Assembly (NCBI GenBank): GCA_017303775.1
Contig: JAFLCH010000002.1
Coordinates: 1 to 54,601, forward strand
Origin: Anaerolineae bacterium
GTDB taxonomy: Bacteria > Chloroflexota > Anaerolineae > Aggregatilineales > Phototrophicaceae
Length of the DNA: 54,601 bases
Reading direction: 5' to 3'
Below, piece after piece: positions 17,160 to 24,800 of the stretch. How positions within the stretch are numbered: position 1 is the first letter of the stretch; every line of letters begins with the position of its first letter. Under the pieces are notes generated by a model. It was given only the letters and a program-made list of their open reading frames with translations, ran no database searches and was not told the DNA's origin. The translations under genes and the position numbers were made by a program.

Positions 17160-18135
17160 CGTTCATCTTCTCCCTGTAGTAGTGGATGATCTGGTCAATG
17201 GTTTCGTCCAATGTGGTGGTCGGTTCCCATTCAATCATAGACTGGATTTTAGCAATATTTGGCACACGCCGCCGGAAATCTTCAAATCCGGCCTCATACG
17301 CCTCCGTATACGGGATCAGCCGGATTTCCGACTCGCTCCCCGCGCGCGCTTTCACCCGCTTCGCCAGTTCGAGGATGCTCACCTCTTCCCGGCTCCCCAC
17401 GTTGAAAACCTGTCCCACCGCGCTTGGCATTTGCGACAGGCCGTAAATCGCCTCCACCGCGTCATGCACATTGCAGAAGCAGCGCGACTGTTCCCCGTCT
17501 CCGTACACCTGTATCGGCTTGCCGGCCAGCGCCGCCTGCACAAAACGCGGCAGCACCATGCCATACTGGCCGGTCTGCCGTGGCCCAACCGTGTTAAACA
17601 GCCGGAAAATCACCACCGGCAAACCCACTTCCTTATGGTATGCCAGCGCCAGAAATTCGTCAATCGCTTTCGTCGTCGCGTAGCTCCACCGGCTGCGGAT
17701 CGTCGCCCCCATCACCGTGTCATCATCTTCCGTGAACGGGAAGCGCACCCCCTTACCATACACCTCCGAAGTCGAAGCCAGCATCACCTGCTTGCGGTAG
17801 CGCCGCGCCGTCTTCAGCACCACTTCCGTCCCGCCAATATTGATCTCAATCGTCGCGATCGGCTCGCTCAGAATCTTTTCCACCCCCACCGCCGCCGCCA
17901 GATGGTAGACCACGTCACATTCGCTCACCAGCCGGTCCATCACCTGCGTGTTGCGAATATCCTCCACCACCACCCTCAGCCGCGCGTCACCTTCCAGATG
18001 CGCGAGGTTCGCCAGTCGGCCAGTGCTCAGGTCATCAATAATCGTCACCGTCTGTCCTGCCGCCAGCAGCCGTTCCGTCAGATGACTCCCGATGAACCCC
18101 GCCCCGCCCGTAATCAATGCCTGTGTCAAAGCCAC
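17140..18135 (-). CDS. NAD-dependent nucleotide-sugar epimerase/dehydratase (extended SDR)
   Basis: ITGGAGFIGSH, HLAAAVGV, STSEVYGK, catalytic YATTK, RLFNTVGPRQ. Confidence 0.92.
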   Translation of the reverse strand: MALTQALITGGAGFIGSHLTERLLAAGQTVTIIDDLSTGRLANLAHLEGDARLRVVVEDIRNTQVMDRLVSECDVVYHLAAAVGVEKILSEPIATIEINIGGTEVVLKTARRYRKQVMLASTSEVYGKGVRFPFTEDDDTVMGATIRSRWSYATTKAIDEFLALAYHKEVGLPVVIFRLFNTVGPRQTGQYGMVLPRFVQAALAGKPIQVYGDGEQSRCFCNVHDAVEAIYGLSQMPSAVGQVFNVGSREEVSILELAKRVKARAGSESEIRLIPYTEAYEAGFEDFRRRVPNIAKIQSMIEWEPTTTLDETIDQIIHYYREKMNDGGNHT

Positions 18136-18195
18136 ACACTCCCGTTCCTGAATACACGGTTCAAACTGCGTTCGAGTGTACCATACCCACCCGCC

Positions 18196-18861
18196 TCATG
18201 CCGCCCGTTCCGCGAACACCTCGCGCCAGCGCGGCGTCAGCACCGGATGCGCCGCCAATGCCCGCATCGCCCCCCGGTCATCAATCCACTGCTTCATCAG
18301 CGCCGCGATGAACGCGATGCTGAAGTCGCTCGAACCGCGCTCCACCAACGTCACCGCCTGCCCCGCCTCCACCAACCCTTCCTTCAACACCCGGTGATAC
18401 CACCCACCCCAATTCCGCTCATGCACCCGCGCCGTCAAATCCTTGATTCGCCAGCGCGCCGCCAGCTTCCAGCACGGCATGCGCGGCTGTGTCACTTGCA
18501 GCCGCGTCTCGCCCACCGCGTACACATCGCCGAGGTACACCGTCTCGTCCGTCAGCCCTTGAATCGTAAAGTTCTCGCCGAACGCGCCGTAAGCCAGATC
18601 AGGCATCTCCAGATCAGCCCGCCATGTCGGGTAATGATCCGCGCTGTACCCCAACACCGCCCGGAACAACCCGCCGTGATTCTGCAAATCGGCCTGTCCG
18701 TCCCCCTCCAGATTCAGCACCCCCAACCGCACCGGCCCGCTCACCGGAAACTTAAAAATCCCCGACTCCCACGTTCGCTCGTCAGCGTTCCGCCCGCCAT
18801 CAACCACCCGTTCTTGGGGCAGTCCAACCTGTATCGACACCAGCACAGCCTGATCCATCAC
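18196..18861 (-). CDS. MOSC domain protein (YiiM-like)
   Basis: SGIFK, GDGQAD..HGG, GAFGENFT, QPRMPCWKL, GWYHRVL.EG. Confidence 0.9.
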   Translation of the reverse strand: MMDQAVLVSIQVGLPQERVVDGGRNADERTWESGIFKFPVSGPVRLGVLNLEGDGQADLQNHGGLFRAVLGYSADHYPTWRADLEMPDLAYGAFGENFTIQGLTDETVYLGDVYAVGETRLQVTQPRMPCWKLAARWRIKDLTARVHERNWGGWYHRVLKEGLVEAGQAVTLVERGSSDFSIAFIAALMKQWIDDRGAMRALAAHPVLTPRWREVFAERAA

Positions 18862-18885
18862 ACTGCCTTTCCATCGTCGCGTCCA

Positions 18886-20472
18886 TTACGCTTCGTATAC
18901 CAAACGCCCGCCCGCATACGTTTGTTCAACCTGTATCTCCAACAGCCGTTCAACCGGCGTCGTCAGCGGGTCACCGCTTAACACCGTCACATCAGCCCAT
19001 TTGCCCGCTCGCAAGCTCCCCCGGTTATCCGCGTCACCGCTGGCGATTGCCCCGCCCATCGTGTACGCGTACAGCGCGTCCGCCGCCCCGATAGCCTGAT
19101 CCAACGCAATCGGTTCGCCATCCGTTGCCAGCCGGTCAATCGCCGCCTTCATGCCCAGTATCGGGCTGTCATCCGGCACAACCGGCGCGTCCGAACTCAG
19201 CGCCACCGTCAGCCCCGCCTCCAGCATCGACCGTACCGGATAGCAGTGGTCGATGAACGAATCCGGCAGATACCGCCGGAAGCTCGCCCCCAGCGCCGGC
19301 AGGAACACCGTCTGCGGCACTGCGATCACCCCCAGCCGCGCGCACCGTCCATAATGATCGGGATTCGGCAAACCCAGATGCTCAATCCGGTGCCGCAGTT
19401 CCGGTCGCGGCATCCGCTCCTGAATCGCCTCATACGCGCTCAACACCTGCTCAATCGCCACATCGCCAATCGCGTGCGTCCCGATTCGGAATCCCTCGCG
19501 GTGCGCCTCCCACATCAATTCCAGCAGTTCCGCGTCCTCGAAGCGCAGCACACCCGTGTTATACGTCACCTTGTACGGCTCGCTGATCGCCGCCGTCGCC
19601 CCGCTCAATCCACCGTCCGCGAAGAACTTCACCGTATCAATCCGCAGCCAATCGCTCACGAACCGTTCCGGCAGCGGCAGCGTTTCCGTCCCACCGTCCG
19701 GCCTGCGGATCGGCATCCCGTTCACCCGCACCGCCAGTTCGCCCGCCGCCTCCAACTGCCGGTACACCCGCAGGTGAAACGGTGTCAGCAGCGGATCAGT
19801 CGCGCTCGTGATTCCCACACTCAACTGATGTTGGTTCGCCGCCTTAATCGCCTCGCCCATCTCCGCGTCCGTCGGCTCAGGGATCACCCGCGTCAGCAAA
19901 CCCATCGCCGTCTCTTGCAGCAAACCCGTCGGCTCGCCGTTCACATCCTTCACGATCACCCCGCCCGGCGGATTCGGCGTCTCCCGTGTGATCCCCGCCA
20001 GTTGCAGCGCCAGCGTATTCGCCACGATCATATGCCCGCACGTCCGCGTCAGCGCGATCGGATGCTCCAGACTCGCCACATCCAGATCATGCCGCTCCGG
20101 ATGCCGTCGTTCCGGCAGTTCCGCCTCGTTATAACCCCGCCCCAGAATCCACGTTCCGGCGGGCGTCATCTCCGCCTTATCGCGGAAGCGGTAAATAATC
20201 ATCTCAATATCTGGCGCGGTAGCCTTATTCGCCACCACCTGCCGCGTCAGCAGCAGTCCCATCTTCCAGATATGCACGTGCGCGTCATTAAAACCGGGGA
20301 TCAGCGTCCGCCCGCCCAGATCAACCCGCTTGCAGCCCACCGGCGCGGCGCTTTCCACCGCGGCCAGCGTCCCCACCGCTTGAATCCGCCCGTCATCTCC
20401 CACCAGCACCGCCTCAGCCTGTGCCGCTTCCCGTTCCATCGTATGAATCACGCCGTTATAAAATAAAATCAT
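18886..20472 (-). CDS. Amidohydrolase family 3 (YtcJ-like)
   Basis: PGFNDAHVH, KFFADGGL, THAIGD, RHRIEH, SSDAPV, GKWAD. Confidence 0.92.
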   Translation of the reverse strand: MILFYNGVIHTMEREAAQAEAVLVGDDGRIQAVGTLAAVESAAPVGCKRVDLGGRTLIPGFNDAHVHIWKMGLLLTRQVVANKATAPDIEMIIYRFRDKAEMTPAGTWILGRGYNEAELPERRHPERHDLDVASLEHPIALTRTCGHMIVANTLALQLAGITRETPNPPGGVIVKDVNGEPTGLLQETAMGLLTRVIPEPTDAEMGEAIKAANQHQLSVGITSATDPLLTPFHLRVYRQLEAAGELAVRVNGMPIRRPDGGTETLPLPERFVSDWLRIDTVKFFADGGLSGATAAISEPYKVTYNTGVLRFEDAELLELMWEAHREGFRIGTHAIGDVAIEQVLSAYEAIQERMPRPELRHRIEHLGLPNPDHYGRCARLGVIAVPQTVFLPALGASFRRYLPDSFIDHCYPVRSMLEAGLTVALSSDAPVVPDDSPILGMKAAIDRLATDGEPIALDQAIGAADALYAYTMGGAIASGDADNRGSLRAGKWADVTVLSGDPLTTPVERLLEIQVEQTYAGGRLVYEA

Positions 20473-20573
20473 AATCGGTTCACCACCGTATATTAAACAA
20501 TCGGATGACGCAGATCATAACGCATCCGTCCTCGAATAGTTATTCCATTGGATTAAATTTTCAGGAACTTTCC

Positions 20574-21128
20574 CTACACCCGCAGCAGCGCCAGCGCCAT
20601 CACACTCGCCCACGGCAGCACCTTGAACAAACCATCCCGCAGCCCCGCCTCCACCTCGGCGCGGCTCAACAGCACCAGCTCTTGCGCTTCCAGATCATCC
20701 GCATGAATCGCCTGTGCCCACACGGCCCCCGTTGCCAGATAAAAATGAGCCACACCCGCACCCCGGTTGCCGTCCACAGCATACGACCCTAGAGCCATCC
20801 ATGTCGCCGCCGTGTATCCCGTTTCTTCCAGCACCTCGCGCTGTGCCGCCGCCAACGGATCTTCACCCGCCTCCAGATACCCGCCCACCGGAGCCAGCGC
20901 CACCCCGTCAATCGCGTATTTCGTCTGCCGGAAGCACACAAAATCCCCCGCCGCCGTCACCACCACCACGTTCACATAATGCGGCAGCGCGATCCACGCC
21001 CAATTCTCAATCTGCGTCCCGTCCGGCAGCTCCACCGTCCGCAGCTCCACCGTCATCCACTTGCCGTTCTCCAGCACCGTCCGCTTCTCAACCGTCTTCC
21101 ACGTTTCCATACCGCTCCCATTTCCCAT
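20574..21128 (-). CDS. NUDIX hydrolase (ADP-ribose pyrophosphatase-like)
   Basis: Nudix box GGYLEAGEDPLAAAQREVLEETGY. Confidence 0.9.
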   Translation of the reverse strand: MGNGSGMETWKTVEKRTVLENGKWMTVELRTVELPDGTQIENWAWIALPHYVNVVVVTAAGDFVCFRQTKYAIDGVALAPVGGYLEAGEDPLAAAQREVLEETGYTAATWMALGSYAVDGNRGAGVAHFYLATGAVWAQAIHADDLEAQELVLLSRAEVEAGLRDGLFKVLPWASVMALALLRV

Positions 21129-21196
21129 AACACACTTACCTCAACTCAAACGATCACAGGGCAGCCACATTCAACCATGCCCATTAACGAGGCGAT

Positions 21197-21326
21197 AACG
21201 AATCTCGACCGCTGGTGGGGGTGTCGCCCCACTGCGAGGATCGATAGAGACGTAACCACCAAAAGCCAGCTTCCCATCCACACTCCAATCCACCCGGTAA
21301 GCTTCTTGTATCCCATTCGGAAGGAT
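21197..21326 (-). pseudogene. Fragment of a WD40 gene paralogue (130 bp direct repeat of 22425-22554)
   Basis: 13 mismatches in 130 nt by manual alignment; encodes PNGIQEAYRVDWSVDGKLAFGGYVSIDPRSGATPPPAVEIR. Confidence 0.85.
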
Positions 21327-21329
21327 TTC

Positions 21330-21440
21330 GCAGTAAGGTTTGAAACGACTAAGCACCAGACCAAACTACGAGATAAACCAATCACAGAGAATTTTGACGA
21401 TTTTTGCCTTTGGGTGTATCTGCTGGTGGATGAACTGTGG
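21330..21440 (+). mobile_element. Probable IS982-family transposase 5' remnant
   Basis: The + frame reads ITENFDDFCLWVYLLVDELW, resembling IS982 transposase N-termini (from recall). It has no start codon and is truncated. Boundaries are approximate. Confidence 0.5.
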
Positions 21441-23469
21441 GAATCGATGAGGGGGGAATAAATAATGGGGTTAAATCACTTGTGCTTTCAGCCTCCACAT
21501 TGTTAGCAACCCCAAACGCGATCTTGTTTTGGACGCTCCAATCAAGATGAAGTGTTTCGGTAACTGAATCGGGAAAAGTAAAAGTACTTAAAAGCTCGCC
21601 TGTTGCTGCGTTCCAAATTCGTATAGTAGCGTCACGACTGCTCGTAACGATAAAATCACCAAAAGGACTCCATGCCATTCCATAAATGCGATCTAGATGA
21701 CCATTCAGACTAAACAGATTCTGTCCGGTTTCCACATCCCAAACATATCCTATGTTTCCGTCAGTCCCATCACTAGCCATTATTATCTTTGAGCCATCAG
21801 GACTCCATGAACCTAGTATTTGCCCTATAGCCATCGTCATAACAGAAGATAAATTCAATCCATTCAAAATATAGAACATTCCATCTGCATTCCCAACCGC
21901 TAAATATGTGCCATCCGGATTCCATTTCATCCAAATAATTGCAGCGGTTAATCCCGGAAGATCCGTTGCTCCAAGGCTTCTATCCATGATGACTTGCCCG
22001 GTGGCGGCATCGAGAATAATCACATTATTATCATACCCGCCTGCCGCTAACCATAAATTATTTGGATGCCACGAAAGTTCCAAAATCGCACGATTGGATA
22101 ATCGAAACGAATTCAGTAATTGACCACTTAAAGCATTCCATATAGTCACATATCCATAAGCATCGCTAGTGGCTAACCGGGTTCCCGATGCATCCCATGC
22201 TAACCCCCAAATAGGCACATTCTGCTGCACAAGAACCATCAGAAGTTGCCCATTTTGATCCAGAATTTCGACTTTCGATCTTACGAAACACTGATCAGAA
22301 TTAACGCTGTATGAAGCGAATGCTAACCGGTTGCCATCAGGACTCCAAGAAAGTTCGGAAGAAGCCTGTTCAAAAATCCACGTTTCATCAGGGTTATCAC
22401 ATGGATCAAAAAAATGTGGAACTAAACGAATCTCGACCGCGGGTGGGGGTGTCGCCCCACTACGAGGATCGATAGTGACTTGACCACCAAAAGCCAGCTT
22501 TCCATCCACATTCCAATCCACCCGGTAAACTTCCTCTATCCCGTTCGGTTGGATGGTTTGCATGAACTGTCCGTTGATCGCGTTCCATATTTTGACAGTC
22601 CCATCTTGGCTTCCCGTGGCAATCTGTATCCCATCTGAACTCCATGAAATACCGATAATCGGCCGAAGATGTCCCTGTAAATCACTGATCTGTTGCAGGG
22701 TGGTGACATCCCAAATTTGCCCTGAATGATTGTCACTAATGATCGCAATTCGGGTACTGTCAGGACTCCAATCCCCCACAACAGGATCGACAAATTGCAG
22801 GGGGAGTGTCGCGATAATCGTCAAGCTTTCCGCATCCATTATTCTGACAAAAGTATCGGAACTTCCGGGGCTAATGCCGCTTACCGCTATCAATAACCCG
22901 TTGGGGCTGTATGCGTTCCAATGAATGGACGAGGTGAGGCCGGGATATGGACCTGCTCCAAAATCGTATGACTGAAGCAGATTTCCGTCAAAGTCGAAAA
23001 CCCTCGCCACGTTGTCATACCCGCCCGCTAGGATGCGATTTCCATCCGGATGGATGGATAAAGAGGTGATCGCGGTATTGGATGCCTGTATAGAAGAGAT
23101 CATCTGCCCGCTGTTAGTATCCCACTGCCTAATCCACCCCAACTGATCCCCGCTCAACAACCGAACAGCATCCCGCCAAACTAAATTATTGATCGTGATG
23201 CTGCCGTTTTCTTGTAATGTCGAAATAATCGCCCCACTCGCGCCATCAAGTATTTCGATCCGGGCATTGCGAATACAATCTTCCAAATCAACCTCATAAA
23301 CCGCAGCGGCCACCCTGCTGCCGTCTGGACTCCACACCAAACCATAAATACCTCGGCTAACGATGTCCATATCAAAACAACCATCTTCTGCTAACACGCT
23401 GATGCTATAACTGTATACAAAAAAGACTGCACATAGAATGCTTAAGGTAAAGTGACTAAGATATTTCAC
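21382..23469 (-). CDS. Secreted double WD40 beta-propeller protein
   Basis: Signal peptide, many WSPDG/GH...WD blades, two homologous halves; visibly more AT-rich than its neighbours. Confidence 0.88.
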   Translation of the reverse strand: MKYLSHFTLSILCAVFFVYSYSISVLAEDGCFDMDIVSRGIYGLVWSPDGSRVAAAVYEVDLEDCIRNARIEILDGASGAIISTLQENGSITINNLVWRDAVRLLSGDQLGWIRQWDTNSGQMISSIQASNTAITSLSIHPDGNRILAGGYDNVARVFDFDGNLLQSYDFGAGPYPGLTSSIHWNAYSPNGLLIAVSGISPGSSDTFVRIMDAESLTIIATLPLQFVDPVVGDWSPDSTRIAIISDNHSGQIWDVTTLQQISDLQGHLRPIIGISWSSDGIQIATGSQDGTVKIWNAINGQFMQTIQPNGIEEVYRVDWNVDGKLAFGGQVTIDPRSGATPPPAVEIRLVPHFFDPCDNPDETWIFEQASSELSWSPDGNRLAFASYSVNSDQCFVRSKVEILDQNGQLLMVLVQQNVPIWGLAWDASGTRLATSDAYGYVTIWNALSGQLLNSFRLSNRAILELSWHPNNLWLAAGGYDNNVIILDAATGQVIMDRSLGATDLPGLTAAIIWMKWNPDGTYLAVGNADGMFYILNGLNLSSVMTMAIGQILGSWSPDGSKIIMASDGTDGNIGYVWDVETGQNLFSLNGHLDRIYGMAWSPFGDFIVTSSRDATIRIWNAATGELLSTFTFPDSVTETLHLDWSVQNKIAFGVANNVEAESTSDLTPLFIPPSSIPTVHPPADTPKGKNRQNSL

Positions 23470-23509
23470 AACATGTCACCTTTAAGGGGTAACTAATGAG
23501 ATTGTCTGT

Positions 23510-23539
23510 AGTATAGAAATACAAAAGCGTTGCAGTCAA
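23510..23539 (-). promoter_or_regulatory. Sigma70-type promoter of the WD40 gene
   Basis: TTGACT-18 bp-TATACT on the minus strand. Confidence 0.7.
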
Positions 23540-23650
23540 GCAGTAATTGGAGACTCGAACAACTAAGTCGAGACAACCGTGGCATCACATCATCCACTTG
23601 TCGCGCCAAAGCGGTATAGGTCAATTCCAGATACAAGATCAATGGATCGG

Positions 23651-24256
23651 CTACAAAGTCTCATCCGGTGATCCGGCGAACAAATCGCCAACCACCAGCC
23701 GGATTCCCGGCAAACACGCGAACATCACCGTTTCCTCAGCGTTGAATTTTTGCAGCACACCATACTCATCATTCACCGGCTGTGAATACAACCGCACTTG
23801 CTTTTTCCAACCGTCGATAATGGCATATTCCGGCACGCCCGCGCGGGCATAAGCCATCAGCTTGATGTCCTCGTCATAGTCTCGGTTACCCGGCGACAGT
23901 ACCTCCGCGATCAAATCCGGCACACCGCGTATCCGCTTATCGCTGATGATGCCTGCGTTCTCCCGCCGCACCAGCACCGCATCAGGTTGCACCGGGCTTA
24001 CACCCTGCATAATTACCCCTACAGGCGCTAAGAACATAAATCCCAATTCTTGCCGCTTGGCGGGGATACCGACAAACTCGTAAAACTGCTGCACAATCCA
24101 CTGATGATACAAACTCGGTGATGTTGACATATACAGCACCCCGTCAATCACTTCGTAACGGTTGCCATCCATCGGCAGCCGTTCCCAATCGTCAAAAGTC
24201 CACTGTCCCTGAGGTGGCCCGGTAATTTTTTGCGTATCAGTAGAAATGGGAATCAC
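23651..24256 (-). CDS. Uma2-family (DUF820) putative endonuclease
   Basis: RYEVIDGVL, HQ, VQPD, PDLIAEVLSP, K...YARAGVPEY. Confidence 0.92.
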   Translation of the reverse strand: MIPISTDTQKITGPPQGQWTFDDWERLPMDGNRYEVIDGVLYMSTSPSLYHQWIVQQFYEFVGIPAKRQELGFMFLAPVGVIMQGVSPVQPDAVLVRRENAGIISDKRIRGVPDLIAEVLSPGNRDYDEDIKLMAYARAGVPEYAIIDGWKKQVRLYSQPVNDEYGVLQKFNAEETVMFACLPGIRLVVGDLFAGSPDETL

Positions 24257-24314
24257 GGTTCAATATCCTCAAATAGACATTTGATGAATTATACCTCAAC
24301 ATCGTTCAGGGGGG

Positions 24315-24343
24315 TTGACAGATTAGAACATTTGAACTATAAT
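24315..24343 (+). promoter_or_regulatory. Perfect sigma70 consensus promoter with an embedded LexA-like box
   Basis: TTGACA-17 bp-TATAAT. The spacer holds AGAACATTTGAACT (GAAC-N4-GAAC, versus GAAC-N4-GTTC). Confidence 0.8.
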
Positions 24344-24450
24344 GAGAATGTGATTTTTGACGATCCTAAGGGGCTTCAGACCATATCACCAATCAGCCGC
24401 CATACCATCCCAAGCCGCTCAGCCCTTTGTCTGCGCCAACCTCGCCCGTT

Positions 24451-24789
24451 CCCGCCGCAATCTTTGTCGGCGACGACGACGACGACGACGACAAACCTAC
24501 CGCTTCGGCGGCTCACCAGCGCCTTCCCGCCCTTTTTGACCACCGCGCTGCTGCCGCTGCTGCTGCAAAACCCTGCCGTCAAGGGTCTGGCCTTCGCCTT
24601 AGTGGATGTCCCCTCTTATAATGTGCCACTTGTAACTTGGCACGATAATGCCAATGTCAATGCCGCCACTGCCGCCATTTCCCCTCACAAATGGCAAAAA
24701 AGGACACCACCCCGCGTCACCCTCTCTCACTCCCGCCGTTTTTGCTGACACCGCCGCCGCCGCTGCCGCCGCCGTAACCTTGCCCTCAA
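24451..24789. repeat. Three imperfect repeats containing trinucleotide tracts
   Basis: CCCGCC..TTTG..(triplet)n..AACC units at 24451-24497 ((GAC)7), 24526-24582 (GCT/GCC tract) and 24732-24789 (GCC tract). Confidence 0.6.
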
Positions 24790-24800
24790 CTTCGTAATAA

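Noticed and set aside
17146-20466. Long + strand ORFs (611 aa, 406 aa), and similar ones at 26520-27845 and 51982-52881
   Set aside because: Antisense or out-of-frame shadows of well-supported genes, with Arg/His/Pro- or Ser/Pro-rich composition caused by codon bias.
21197-22554. DGR template/variable repeat pair
   Set aside because: The 13 mismatches involve all bases in both copies rather than being adenine-specific, and no reverse transcriptase gene is in the window.
24638-24652. Sigma54 promoter (TGGCACG...TGC)
   Set aside because: The GG to GC spacing is one base short of the invariant -24/-12 geometry.
24451-24789. CRISPR array
   Set aside because: Units are degenerate, unequal in length and irregularly spaced; there are no cas genes.
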